34,799 bases of DNA, from the sequence record DRR723986_6171; one strand, written 5' to 3'. Position numbers and translations under genes: made by a program. The notes under the pieces were generated by a model. It saw nothing but the letters and a program-made list of their open reading frames with translations, was not told where the DNA came from and made no database searches. Shown in pieces: positions 18,535 to 28,624 of this stretch (position 1 is its first letter; the number at the start of each line of letters is the position of its first letter).

Positions 18535-19551
18535 ATGAAAAATAATCACTCAGCACACCGCGATCAGCCCTTAGTGAGCGTTGTTATCCCAATGTATAAC
18601 GCGGCGGCCTATCTTCGCGAATGTATTGACTCTGTTATTGCGCAGAGCTATCCACACCTGGAGATAATTGCGGTGGATGACGGGTCTCCGGACAACGGTG
18701 CCGACATCGTGCGGGGCTACCAGGACTCGCGCATTGTGGTTATTCAGCAAGAAAACAGGGGCTTGGCCGGTGCGCGCAATACCGGTATTCGCCACGCGCA
18801 CGGCGAATTTATTGCCCTGCTAGACGCTGACGACAGCTGGCATTCGACGAAAATTGCCAGGCATGTAGATCATCTCCTGTCCAACCCTGACATCGGTGTT
18901 AGCTACAGTGCATCGCGGTTTATGAACGAAGCCAGTGTCGATATGGGGATCGGCCAATACCCGAAAACAACGGGCGTCACGGCAGTCGATGTATTTTGTC
19001 GAAACCCGGTGGGCAATGGCTCTGCGCCCGTCTTCCGCGCAGGCGTATTTAAGGACATCGCCTTCACGAACGCTGCTGTCGGCCATCGCGACCAGCAATT
19101 CTTCGATGAATCCTTTAGACAGTCCGAGGATGTGGAATGCTGGTTACGGATTGCGCTCTCGACGTCGTGGCGATTCGAGGGGCTGGCGCAGGCCTTAACG
19201 AACTACCGAGTAAACGGAGGCGGCTTATCGGCGAACTGGGTCAAGCAATTGGCCGCCTGGGAGCGCAATGTCGACAAAAATCGCGCGCTGTCGCCATCAT
19301 TTTTTAACGACCACGAAGGCTTGGCGCGTGCCTACCAGTATCGCTACCTTTGCCGGCGTGCCATTCAATCTCGAGATGCGAAGAATGCGGCGCTGTTATT
19401 GCTGAAATCACTGCGCAGTGACTGGACGATCTCGCTTAGGGATCCTGTAAAAACGGTGCTAACGGCCGGATGCGCATCGCTGTTGCTGATTCTTCCCACT
19501 CGCGGATACGACACTGTTGAGCGACTGATTATGTCGTCAATGCCGTCATAG
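18535..19551 (+). CDS. Glycosyltransferase family 2
   Basis: VSVVIPMYN, VDDGSPD, ARNTG, LDADD, SED; GAGGA RBS before ATG 18535. Confidence 0.93.
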   Translation: MKNNHSAHRDQPLVSVVIPMYNAAAYLRECIDSVIAQSYPHLEIIAVDDGSPDNGADIVRGYQDSRIVVIQQENRGLAGARNTGIRHAHGEFIALLDADDSWHSTKIARHVDHLLSNPDIGVSYSASRFMNEASVDMGIGQYPKTTGVTAVDVFCRNPVGNGSAPVFRAGVFKDIAFTNAAVGHRDQQFFDESFRQSEDVECWLRIALSTSWRFEGLAQALTNYRVNGGGLSANWVKQLAAWERNVDKNRALSPSFFNDHEGLARAYQYRYLCRRAIQSRDAKNAALLLLKSLRSDWTISLRDPVKTVLTAGCASLLLILPTRGYDTVERLIMSSMPS

Positions 19552-19563
19552 GTGCGCCGGCAA

Positions 19564-20277
19564 ATGGAGTCCTTAACAAAGCTCGTTGTCAGGCGCGCCC
19601 CGCATTATCGGCGGTGGCTCGCCTTGCCCTCCTTGTGGCCACTGACATTGAGCCTGGCGATTTTGTTCTCGGTACTGATGTTGTCGAATACCCTGGGCGT
19701 GTCGCCAGAGGCGCTCATAGATGGTCGCACCGGCAGCAGAGGCCAGGCGGATTGGTACGATGGTTTGCTGGCGAAACTCAGTACCATAGTCTTGGGTATG
19801 AGTGCCGCCATATTGCTATTTGCCGTGTATCTACGGCGGCAGGATGAGCGCTTCCATTGTCGCAGTAGCGCCAGCTTTTGGTTTGCAAGTTATACCCTGT
19901 TATTGCTTTTGCATGATTTATTCTCTGCGCCGATGACAACCGGCAGTATTTTGGTTGATGTTATCCGAGCCTGTTTCCAAGCGGCGTTGGGTTTGTTAGC
20001 GCTTCTTCTACTTTGGCTGTTTCGCGGGGTTGTCGGCCGGTCGCGACGCTATGCGCTGACTGCGGCGATGTGCTGGGGTATTTCCGTTAGCGTTGATGTA
20101 CTGATCGACAGTGGCATCAGCAATGGTGTTGCGCTATTGCAGCTAGAGGAGGGAGCGAAACTGCTGGGTATTTTTTTCTGGGGTCAGTTCTGTGTAGAGC
20201 TTTCCAGCCGCAGTATTCGCGAGCCGGCACATATTGGCCGTCGTACTCCACCGCCTCTGGGTGACCACTATGAATAA
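19564..20277 (+). CDS. Hypothetical integral membrane protein
   Basis: About 6 hydrophobic segments, EEGAKLLG motif, overlaps the next gene. Confidence 0.7.
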   Translation: MESLTKLVVRRAPHYRRWLALPSLWPLTLSLAILFSVLMLSNTLGVSPEALIDGRTGSRGQADWYDGLLAKLSTIVLGMSAAILLFAVYLRRQDERFHCRSSASFWFASYTLLLLLHDLFSAPMTTGSILVDVIRACFQAALGLLALLLLWLFRGVVGRSRRYALTAAMCWGISVSVDVLIDSGISNGVALLQLEEGAKLLGIFFWGQFCVELSSRSIREPAHIGRRTPPPLGDHYE

Positions 20278-21064
20278 ACCACGCTTGATCTTCACGTTGG
20301 CCCTTAACGGTTATCACTTACGCTATCGGCAGTGCATTGCTGCTCAGCGGCAATACGCCGAGCGTGTCGGCGCCGAGTACCTAGCCGTTACCAAGCCAAG
20401 TGTGCACTCGCTGTGCAATGAGGTGGCCTGGCTAAAGTTGTACTTGATTCGAGACGCCTTGCAATGCGGCTACGCCGAGGTCATGTTTATAGACGCCGAT
20501 GCGCAGCCGCGTGCAGACGCCCCTGACTTTAGCGAGGCTATGTCCGTCGGAAAATCGATATTTGCGGCCAACGGGTATTCGGGGCGTATTAATTCTGGGG
20601 TGTTGATATTTCGCGCTGGGCCCGAATCACTGGCGTTTTTAAACCGTGTTATCGCCGCAATGACAATGACACTGCCGCAAGAGGATGAAGTGGGCTGGGG
20701 CGAAAACGGGCACATTATTCATTTCCTGAAAACGGAGAGCCGCTTTCAGCGTATCTCGTCGCGCTGGAATAATAATTATTGCCCGCAGATGAATGACTAT
20801 ATTCGCCACTACAGCGCTGGCCCGCTGCGCGACATGTTCAAGCCGCGATTAGGCGAAGTCATTGGCTTTTATGGCTATCGTATAATCATGCGATTGTTAC
20901 GCAGTATCGCAAAGGCTGAATCGGGCGGCTCTCCCTCACAGCAGCTGGAAGCGTTGTGCAAAGCTGTCCGCACAAACCTTCCCCGCAATAGTGCGCTGTC
21001 GACAGCCACTCCCCGGATTACGCCGCACATTTATTGCGAAAATAGTTTGCCCCACAAAAAGTAA
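20270..21064 (+). CDS. Putative GT-A fold glycosyltransferase (GT34/galactosyltransferase-like)
   Basis: WLKLYLI, FIDADA (DxD), INSGV, WNN, late His (RHY). Confidence 0.65.
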   Translation: MNKPRLIFTLALNGYHLRYRQCIAAQRQYAERVGAEYLAVTKPSVHSLCNEVAWLKLYLIRDALQCGYAEVMFIDADAQPRADAPDFSEAMSVGKSIFAANGYSGRINSGVLIFRAGPESLAFLNRVIAAMTMTLPQEDEVGWGENGHIIHFLKTESRFQRISSRWNNNYCPQMNDYIRHYSAGPLRDMFKPRLGEVIGFYGYRIIMRLLRSIAKAESGGSPSQQLEALCKAVRTNLPRNSALSTATPRITPHIYCENSLPHKK

Positions 21065-21103
21065 CGCCGTGGCTAAATAGCGCCCGCCAATGGACGGTGC
21101 AGG

Positions 21104-22045
21104 CTAGCGCTTCAGTAGCAAGGCAAGTTCCCATTTCAATTTCCGTTTTGGCAGTAGCCAGCAACGTTTGTCACGTAGTAAGGCCCGCGCTTTATCATAT
21201 TCGCCGGCCTGTATGTTTAGCTGCGCGATGTGAAGAATATGGTTAGCGGTAAGCCTTAGCATTGCCTTGCTTCGCGGATCGTTGCTTGCCTCGGCTGTGG
21301 CTCGCAGGCGCAGGCTGAATGGGCACTCCTGATCGGGGGGATTACTAATACACGCACGATTGTCGGCATCTTGTCGGTAGAGTGCTTTGTATGACCGGGA
21401 AAAGGCCATTGGGTATTTATAGGCGATTCTCACCCAAAGGTCCTGATCTTCTCCCATTGGCTCGTGCAAAGGAAATGCACCAATCTCCTCGAATACGGAT
21501 TTTGGAATGCAGCAGCTCGACGGGGTAATGGGTAGCTCGCCGCGACTGGCGACTTCGAAAAAATCATAGCTGAACTGGCTGTGATTTTTTGTGCTCGCTG
21601 GAAAGCGCGGATGGATGGGACGCTCTGTTCCGCTGTTTTCGTAATAGTGGGAGTAGGCCGTTGAGTAGGCGCCGCATTCGGGGAATAGGTGAATTAGCGC
21701 CTCGATTTCTTGTATTAACCCGGGTTTCCATAGGTCATCGGCGTCCAGAAACAACAGGTAGTCGGCCGTTGCTGCACTGATGGCAGTATTTCGAGCGGCG
21801 GAAACACCGGCGTTCTCTTGTTCGATAAGGCGAATACGCGAGTCAGATGTTGCCATGCTGCGAACTTTCTCCGGGCCGTCATCGCTGGAGCCGTCATCGA
21901 CAACAATAATTTCCAAGTCGTCGTAGTTCTGCGCCTGTATGGAACGCAGCGCATCGCCAATGTGTGCAGCCTTGTTGTACAGGGGAATAAGAACGGAAAA
22001 CCGAGGTTGTTTGTCTGTGCTGCGGTCAACATTTGAGGTCGTCAT
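21104..22045 (-). CDS. Glycosyltransferase family 2
   Basis: SVLIPLYNK, VDDGSSD, ARNTA, LDADD, GED. Confidence 0.93.
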   Translation of the reverse strand: MTTSNVDRSTDKQPRFSVLIPLYNKAAHIGDALRSIQAQNYDDLEIIVVDDGSSDDGPEKVRSMATSDSRIRLIEQENAGVSAARNTAISAATADYLLFLDADDLWKPGLIQEIEALIHLFPECGAYSTAYSHYYENSGTERPIHPRFPASTKNHSQFSYDFFEVASRGELPITPSSCCIPKSVFEEIGAFPLHEPMGEDQDLWVRIAYKYPMAFSRSYKALYRQDADNRACISNPPDQECPFSLRLRATAEASNDPRSKAMLRLTANHILHIAQLNIQAGEYDKARALLRDKRCWLLPKRKLKWELALLLKR

Positions 22046-22047
22046 GG

Positions 22048-23139
22048 CTAGTGAGTCCAGTTACTGAGGGCCATTTTTTCCGCGTCGGCAAGGGGCAAAC
22101 GGGGCGGGACATAGTCGCCCCGATGTATCGTCGCTATTGCGGTACTTAGCGAGTCTTTGTCGACATGCCGACTATCAATGGCAAAGTCAGTCGATTGCTG
22201 AATATCGCGGCACCAATTTTCGCATTTGCGGTGATAGTTCAGGGAAATACACGGGGTATTGCTGAGGTAGGCAAAGACCGCCGCATGGAGTCGCATCGCC
22301 ACGATCATTGATAGCTTGCTGATTTCCCTAACGGCCTCATAGGGGTTTGGGTTGTAGGGAATAATCTTGCAGGGCGTCTCGCCAAGTCGCGCGCATAAAT
22401 CACGGTGTACTTGTTGATCTCCTAATGTGGGGTGCCCATTGAAGTCGATCAAGCGTATCTCCGCGCCGGTTTCGCGATGATGTTGAATCAGGGCGTCGGC
22501 GAGTATCTGGTTGCGCACATGTTCAGCGTTCTCATCGCCGGTGAGCCGTTCGACGGGACAAAGTGCAACGCCGATAGCGTTGTCGCGCTCGGGCATTAGC
22601 GCGTGCTGGAACGCGGGCTGGCTGATCATACTAGGGGCCAGGTCGAAGGTCAGTGCGGTATTGGCGTTGGGAGCGATACTGCGGGCGATATCGAGACTGG
22701 TTTTGTCTCTCAGCCCGGTAAAGGTGCAGGCATTTAGGAATGTTGCGCAGGCTTTTTCTGCCGCTACGTCATTGAATGGGCCCAGGCCGACGCCTGCTGC
22801 ACAATGCTGGTTGCTGGTAGCGAGTTTTAAATAGTGGGTTTTTTGCGCAATATCTTTTGCGGTATGGAAGACAGATCCGCCGCCGATGATAATGTGCTCG
22901 CTGCGCGCCGCGGCCCAATACTTGAGCAGTCGATCCTGGCCTTTGAAACGCTGCTTTTTTGCCTGCACGGCGCTTAGCTGCAGTTGCTGCAAGGCTTCAC
23001 TGCCGCTGGCGCTAGTGGCGGCAATATGCCGGCTGTGATATCGGCGGCGCGCGCCCTCAGCAGCGGCGGCCATGAGCATATCATCGCCGGTATTTTGCAT
23101 GCCGTAATAGCCGATAAGCAGGGTGTCGAAGGCAGCCAT
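22048..23139 (-). CDS. Polysaccharide pyruvyl transferase (CsaB/WcaK-like)
   Basis: GYYGMQNTGDD, GGGS, GVGLGP, LRD..S, DLA, MRLHA, Y..K. Confidence 0.9.
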   Translation of the reverse strand: MAAFDTLLIGYYGMQNTGDDMLMAAAAEGARRRYHSRHIAATSASGSEALQQLQLSAVQAKKQRFKGQDRLLKYWAAARSEHIIIGGGSVFHTAKDIAQKTHYLKLATSNQHCAAGVGLGPFNDVAAEKACATFLNACTFTGLRDKTSLDIARSIAPNANTALTFDLAPSMISQPAFQHALMPERDNAIGVALCPVERLTGDENAEHVRNQILADALIQHHRETGAEIRLIDFNGHPTLGDQQVHRDLCARLGETPCKIIPYNPNPYEAVREISKLSMIVAMRLHAAVFAYLSNTPCISLNYHRKCENWCRDIQQSTDFAIDSRHVDKDSLSTAIATIHRGDYVPPRLPLADAEKMALSNWTH

Positions 23140-23156
23140 TTTTTTGGGGTTCCTAA

Positions 23157-24464
23157 TCAGTGATGCGTTGCTGAAGAACGCTGGCGGAGAATACTTTGTG
23201 CAATGGTGTCATTGCGAAAGGCGATGCCGATTAACACCAGCGCCGGCCAAAACAGATACGCAAGAATTTCCAGGTTTTCACCAAAGCTGAACATAATGAG
23301 TATTAGCATACAGGCTAAACCTGCGCGAGATACGCAGCATCGCTGGGCCTGCATGAGTAACAGTAATAGGGTGACAAGCATGGGAATCAGCAACGCCAGA
23401 AAGCCAACGGCGCCCTTAACGAATAGTAGACCGTACCAGCTGTGGTGGGAGCCAATAGGCATATATTCCACCAGGTGAGGCCCTCTCTCTACAACGCCGT
23501 GTCCCCAAACAGGCGCTTCATCTCGCCAGCGCTGTATTGCAATTCTTGCCAGCGCCGAGCGGACTCGGCTCGAGCCTGCGCGGGCAGCTTTGAATTCCGC
23601 AATGGAGCTTTCAGCGAAGGCCATGAGTTGGGTGGCTACAACGGCCACTGCTGATATGCCCACACCGCCAGTCAGCCACAGTGCCGGTGAGTTGAGGCGG
23701 GAAATGAAAAAGACCGCTGGTGATACGAAAAGCATTGCAACCAGTCCGGCGCGAGACTGGCACATAAGCACCATCGCGACACTGCCGATAATGCCGATCC
23801 AACGCCAGCGGATATTTTTTTCCTGCAGTGCAAAGACTAAGTAGAAATTGGCGAGTAGGCCGGCAGCTGGTGCCCAGGGGGTGAAAAAGCGCCAGCGGGG
23901 GCCGAGGGATTCGGGGTTAATGCCATAGAGCTGGAACTCGAAGAACTCCGGGCCGGGGCCGCCAATTACTTTGAGTGGCGAGATATAAATAGTGCCGGGA
24001 ATGGGGGTATACGCGGCGATAACAAATAGCGGAATTAATAACAGCGTATGCAGGCAAATAACGCAGCAGGCGCGATAAACCAGTTCTGCACGGATAGGTA
24101 GAGTAGCGCCAATTAGAATGAAAATGGCCAGCAGCGCCCAGCCCTTTGCCCAGCCGATCGTGGACTTGATCATCGCGGGCAGGCCGAGATAGAAATCCAA
24201 ATGCCCCATAATCAAGGCCACTTCCATCACCAGCATGGCGACAACCCACAGTATAACCACGGGGTGCGGTTCAACTTGAATCGATCTGGCGCGCATCGGC
24301 GCAGGTAGCCACAGGTTGTAGGCCCAGTAGCCGAGCAGAATCCAGCCGAGCACCGGCGCGATAATGTATACCGCGCCGAGGGCGTAAAAGGGATAGGTAA
24401 GAATTAGAGCGTACCAAATCCACTTTTCGATAATATTTTCTGGAGCAATTGCTTGCGTTTCCAC
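23157..24464 (-). CDS. wzy: Wzy polymerase / O-antigen ligase-like membrane protein
   Basis: Many TM helices, SR motif, large loop with SSRVR, WGHG, GSHH.W.GLLF..G. Confidence 0.82.
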   Translation of the reverse strand: METQAIAPENIIEKWIWYALILTYPFYALGAVYIIAPVLGWILLGYWAYNLWLPAPMRARSIQVEPHPVVILWVVAMLVMEVALIMGHLDFYLGLPAMIKSTIGWAKGWALLAIFILIGATLPIRAELVYRACCVICLHTLLLIPLFVIAAYTPIPGTIYISPLKVIGGPGPEFFEFQLYGINPESLGPRWRFFTPWAPAAGLLANFYLVFALQEKNIRWRWIGIIGSVAMVLMCQSRAGLVAMLFVSPAVFFISRLNSPALWLTGGVGISAVAVVATQLMAFAESSIAEFKAARAGSSRVRSALARIAIQRWRDEAPVWGHGVVERGPHLVEYMPIGSHHSWYGLLFVKGAVGFLALLIPMLVTLLLLLMQAQRCCVSRAGLACMLILIMFSFGENLEILAYLFWPALVLIGIAFRNDTIAQSILRQRSSATHH

Positions 24465-25810
24465 AGAAGAAATAATCCGAATAAGGCCATGCCGCTACCC
24501 AGCACACCGCCAATAATGGCCAGTAATTTATTGGGTGACGCCGGTTGGCTGGGAAGAGAAGGGGCTGCAAGTACCTGAATTAGCGGGTAGGACGCAAAGA
24601 TATCGGTTTTGCTGGTATCGATCTGCGTGATCGCCGAGGTATAAACCGCTTCGGCTATTTGATAGTCGCGCTCGAGGTTCTCAAGGATCGCTGCTTCTTC
24701 AGCGTAGCGCTTTAAGTTCAGGCCATGCTTCGTGATAGCGCTTGAGAGCTGTTGTATTTTGCCAATGAGGCCTTCAATTTTGGCGAATGACACCAGCAAA
24801 TCTTGAAAGAGAGCGCTCTGTTTGCCAGCATCATTCATGCTGATCAGCTTGATGGTGCCCATGTCGTTATGGCCGACCAATTCTAAGCTGCGCTGTTGCA
24901 GGGCTTTGAGCGTGTTGTCTTGTCTCGCGCTTTCTTTTACCACCTGAGGGTGAGCCTGTCCCCACTTTGAGCGATACACCGCCAGCGTGGTTGTCGCGTT
25001 TTGATAATTTTCTAAATGCTCCCGAAACTGTTGGTCGGCATTCAGGATAAACGCGCTCGCTGCCAGCTGCGGAGTAATGCCTAAGTTGCGAGAAAGTTGG
25101 TCGACGTAATTGCTGACTCGGTCGCGCTCGGCCTCGGCTCGTACTTGCTCCTCTTTCAAACGCTCTAGGCGCAGGCTGAGCTCTTCATACTGACGGCCAG
25201 ACACATATTCAGAGCTTTGCTTGTGTAATACTAAGGCGCGTTGCGCGGCTTCCAATCGCTCTTTATAGCTTTTTAGCGCTTGCGCAATACCTGCCTCGCG
25301 GCGGTCGAGCTCATCAGCGCGGAGGATTTCTATTCGGGCGTTAAACGCCGAAATTAGCGCCTGTGCCTGGTCCTGTGCGAGGCGGGGAGAGCCCGCTTTG
25401 GTTGCCACTTGGATAATGGTGGTCTCGTCTACGAGCTTTACCACAGGCTTGCGAAAATCCGCGTAGTCGATATTCAGGGCTTTCGCCGCGCCACCAATCA
25501 CGCTGGTGCTCAGCAGGATTTCCTTGTAATTCACTCTCGGGTTAACACCCCTGGTGCCAAACGGTGAGCTACTACTGCTGCTGGCCTCACCGATGCTTTC
25601 CAAATTAACTTTGGTGGATACTGCCTTGCCCGGCAGCATAAACGCGAATTTACTGACGTACTGGGGCGCCGAGGCAATGTAGAGAAATACCATTCCCCAA
25701 ATCATTGCAAAGGAGATCACCCCCACCACGATGTATCGCGTCCAGCGCGGTTTGTCAGCGGGCGCCTTGTAGAGTTGCAGCTCTTGATTTGGCTGTATCG
25801 TCGGTGTCAT
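24404..25810 (-). CDS. Polysaccharide co-polymerase (GumC/Wzz-like), no tyrosine kinase domain
   Basis: Two TM helices flanking a coiled-coil periplasmic region; HPQVV and PSLPSQPASP motifs; short cytoplasmic tail. Confidence 0.85.
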   Translation of the reverse strand: MTPTIQPNQELQLYKAPADKPRWTRYIVVGVISFAMIWGMVFLYIASAPQYVSKFAFMLPGKAVSTKVNLESIGEASSSSSSPFGTRGVNPRVNYKEILLSTSVIGGAAKALNIDYADFRKPVVKLVDETTIIQVATKAGSPRLAQDQAQALISAFNARIEILRADELDRREAGIAQALKSYKERLEAAQRALVLHKQSSEYVSGRQYEELSLRLERLKEEQVRAEAERDRVSNYVDQLSRNLGITPQLAASAFILNADQQFREHLENYQNATTTLAVYRSKWGQAHPQVVKESARQDNTLKALQQRSLELVGHNDMGTIKLISMNDAGKQSALFQDLLVSFAKIEGLIGKIQQLSSAITKHGLNLKRYAEEAAILENLERDYQIAEAVYTSAITQIDTSKTDIFASYPLIQVLAAPSLPSQPASPNKLLAIIGGVLGSGMALFGLFLLWKRKQLLQKILSKSGFGTL

Positions 25811-25831
25811 GTCACTTCCCAGCCGCGCAGA

Positions 25832-27109
25832 TCAAAAGAGTGAAAAGGGAGTGGCGACGTCGACAATCGCTCTGGCGATATCACGCCAATTCCCTATTGT
25901 AGAGTCATAGCAGCTAACGGTGTCGTTGGGTAGTAAATAGGGATTGATATCGTCGGAATCTGGATTGCGCAGCAGTTCTTCGACATTGCGTTTCATAATT
26001 TCGCTCTCGCCACTGATGGGGTTAGTGCCCACCAACACGACGTAGCGTGAGGCATTGGTGAATTGCGTGCCGCCACTGCAGTTGCCCGATACCACCGCCT
26101 GATGTAACCGCGTGCCGTAGGGCATGCTGCTGCTGTACTTGCCCACTGCCGCAGAGGCGTTGTTGCTTGCTGGATTGGTCAAATTTGAAATGAACACCCG
26201 TATTCCCTTTGGCGTGATTTGACTCGGGCGAATCAGCTCGGCTTGCATGCAGCCTGCTGAGGGAACGATCACTTGATCGCCTGCAATCAACGGTACGTCG
26301 TAGGTGTGCTGGCCCGAAAATATCCCTGCGAGATTGATTTCTTGCTGCCAGCCGTCGCGAATCAGCAGAATTTTGTCTACACGCGCGTCAGGGCGTGCAC
26401 CCGCTGCTGCGCGTATGGCTTCACTGAGGTAGCGTTTGGTGGGGTAGTCGCCGCTGATGCGAATTTTACTATCGTCGGTCTGCGCGGGAATCAGGTCGTT
26501 GATGAGTACGCGGCCAGGCTCAAATACCGCGCCTGACACCGAAACCATAATGGGGGCCCACTGAAGCGGGCGCACACTGATGTGAAGGGTGTGGGCGAGA
26601 AACATTTGTTGGGCAACCAGCATGATGCGCAGGCGGTTCTCCACTTCTTCGGTGTCCAGTCCAACCACCTGCACCGGGGCGAGGTAGGGAAGCTCAATAT
26701 TGCCATCGTGGTTAACCAAGTACTCGCCGCTGAACTCCTCCCCTTCATGGATGCGAATTTCGATCCTGTCGCCCGGTGACAGTGGCAGCAAGCGCCGGCC
26801 TTGGCTGTTCAGCGATCGCGGGGTACCGGGATTTCGCCACTGCTGTGCTAAGGGCTCATCGACACGATAGTCCGCACTGTTCAGCGTCATGCCGCTGCCA
26901 TCGGTCGAGCAGGTATTCACCGCCATGCGACTGCTAAACTCGTGGCGTTGTTCCACCTCTGACTTGTCGCGCTCAGGCAGGCTTGTCGAAATATCCGGCA
27001 TCGACGCACAGGCCGCCAGCGTTAATGCGACACTGGCGAGGACGGCGCGGCGGCAGCGTCGCGGCGTGAAAAGGCGGTGTGAAGATAGGGTCCATTTGGC
27101 AATGTTCAT
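25832..27109 (-). CDS. wza: Wza-type outer-membrane polysaccharide export lipoprotein
   Basis: Lipobox LAAC, LSPGDRI..DGNIELPYL, SLBB repeats (VSGAV.EPG), C-terminal amphipathic helix. Confidence 0.88.
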   Translation of the reverse strand: MNIAKWTLSSHRLFTPRRCRRAVLASVALTLAACASMPDISTSLPERDKSEVEQRHEFSSRMAVNTCSTDGSGMTLNSADYRVDEPLAQQWRNPGTPRSLNSQGRRLLPLSPGDRIEIRIHEGEEFSGEYLVNHDGNIELPYLAPVQVVGLDTEEVENRLRIMLVAQQMFLAHTLHISVRPLQWAPIMVSVSGAVFEPGRVLINDLIPAQTDDSKIRISGDYPTKRYLSEAIRAAAGARPDARVDKILLIRDGWQQEINLAGIFSGQHTYDVPLIAGDQVIVPSAGCMQAELIRPSQITPKGIRVFISNLTNPASNNASAAVGKYSSSMPYGTRLHQAVVSGNCSGGTQFTNASRYVVLVGTNPISGESEIMKRNVEELLRNPDSDDINPYLLPNDTVSCYDSTIGNWRDIARAIVDVATPFSLF

Positions 27110-27173
27110 AGCGCTTTCCTGCTGCTGATTAGGTTGATCTCACTGCTATTGTGAGACGGCATATCTTGGATAT

Positions 27174-27189
27174 TGCAGGGGGCGTGCCA
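27174..27189 (-). promoter_or_regulatory. sigma54 promoter of the wza operon
   Basis: Minus strand TGGCACGCCCCCTGCA. Confidence 0.75.
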
Positions 27190-27253
27190 GCTGATGTGAA
27201 TAAAAATATGCTTTAAAAACAGTAGGATAGTGTTTTTTGTCGAGGGCGGTGAA

Positions 27254-27293
27254 TTGCAAAATGCAAATCGTGGCTTGCGTTTGCATTTTGCGA
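27254..27293. promoter_or_regulatory. Tandem LuxO-type enhancer boxes 3a and 3b
   Basis: TTGCA-AAA-TGCAA (27254-27266) and TTGCA-TTT-TGCGA (27281-27293). Confidence 0.75.
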
Positions 27294-27349
27294 ATCATAT
27301 TGCTGGAGGGTGCGCCACCGCAGTGGCGGTATACGATGTGGTGCGATCC

Positions 27350-28591
27350 TTAGCTCTGGCTGGCCTGCCGCAGCCTGAGTAGAAACAGAGGGTTGCCAAT
27401 GATGTAGCGCTTCCACATCCGGCCCGGTTCTTGTAGTAGCCGCCAAATCCATTCCATACCCAACTCACGCAGCCACAGGGGCGCTCGGGAGACCTTCTCG
27501 GCATAGAAGTCGAACAAGCCGCCAACGGCGATGACGACTGGGCTATTTAGTTGCTCCCGGTGGGCGAGAATCCACTGTTCCTGGAGGGGTTGACCCATGC
27601 CGACCAGCAGCACGTCCGCCCCGCTATCGTTAATTTTATCGACGATGTCCTGGCAGTGCTGTTTGTCGAAATAGCCGTGCTGTGTGCCGGCGCTTCGCAA
27701 GTGTGGCTGTTGCTTCAACATTGCCTGCATCGCGGCATCGGCAATTCCGTCTTCACCGCCGAGCATGAACAGGCGCTGGCCGCGTTGGGCGAGTTGCTCG
27801 CACAGCAAAGGCAGCATATCGGTGCCGTTTACATTGCCCTTACGGCGAATACCGTTGCGCCGACAGGCCATTTCGATACCGCTGCCATCGGGCAGCATAT
27901 AGTCTGCTTGATTCAGTTGTGATCGCAGTTCGCTGTCATTGTAGGCGAGATTTAAGGTGTGGGCGTTCGCGAAGAAAACTGTCGCACGATGTCGATGTGT
28001 CACGTGCTTATTAATCACCGAAAGTGCGTTTTCCATTGAGATGTTGGCGATGTTTACGCCAAAAATCGTAAAACTGTCGACGTCTTTCAGAGTTTTGCCG
28101 CCGCTGTACAACAGGCCTGCCAGCAGCGATTTGCCGATGATGGCAGCATCTGTTTTGAATCCCTGCTTGTCGGCGTATTCGAGATTGCAGGCCTCTTCGT
28201 CGATAAAGTCGATACCAGAAATTCGTCGCAGTTCGAACAGTGAAAACATACCGGGATTCAGGGTTTCGGTACCCGCTGCAGCGGGCTCTTGCTCGGTGCG
28301 CGCTCGGTAACCGACCAGTGCCAGCTCGCCTTTAATAACGTTTAGGAGCAACGGCAGGCGACTGAGATTTACCTGATCGTGCAGCAGTAAGGCGGGCACG
28401 CCATCACCGGCAGCGCTGTGCAAGGTGACGCGGTCAACGATTTTTTTGCCTTTAATCAGGCGAAAAAGGCTATGAACGAAAAGCCACGGAGCGAAGGCTA
28501 ACGCGGCTGCCACTGCCAATATACGGTCTGTTTTTTTTACACAGCGTGGCTGGGCGCTGAGCGATTTGTTGTAAACGGTGTGATGGCGCAT
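27350..28591 (-). CDS. WecB/TagA/CpsF (GT26) glycosyltransferase with N-terminal degenerate sugar-transferase domain
   Basis: C-terminal FANAH, PDGSG, NGTD, HGYF, GMGQPLQE.W, VGGLFDF, RAP, EW.WRL..EP.R. Confidence 0.9.
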   Translation of the reverse strand: MRHHTVYNKSLSAQPRCVKKTDRILAVAAALAFAPWLFVHSLFRLIKGKKIVDRVTLHSAAGDGVPALLLHDQVNLSRLPLLLNVIKGELALVGYRARTEQEPAAAGTETLNPGMFSLFELRRISGIDFIDEEACNLEYADKQGFKTDAAIIGKSLLAGLLYSGGKTLKDVDSFTIFGVNIANISMENALSVINKHVTHRHRATVFFANAHTLNLAYNDSELRSQLNQADYMLPDGSGIEMACRRNGIRRKGNVNGTDMLPLLCEQLAQRGQRLFMLGGEDGIADAAMQAMLKQQPHLRSAGTQHGYFDKQHCQDIVDKINDSGADVLLVGMGQPLQEQWILAHREQLNSPVVIAVGGLFDFYAEKVSRAPLWLRELGMEWIWRLLQEPGRMWKRYIIGNPLFLLRLRQASQS

Positions 28592-28624
28592 GCTGGCATC
28601 CTCTCGGCTGTTTAGAGCTAAAGG

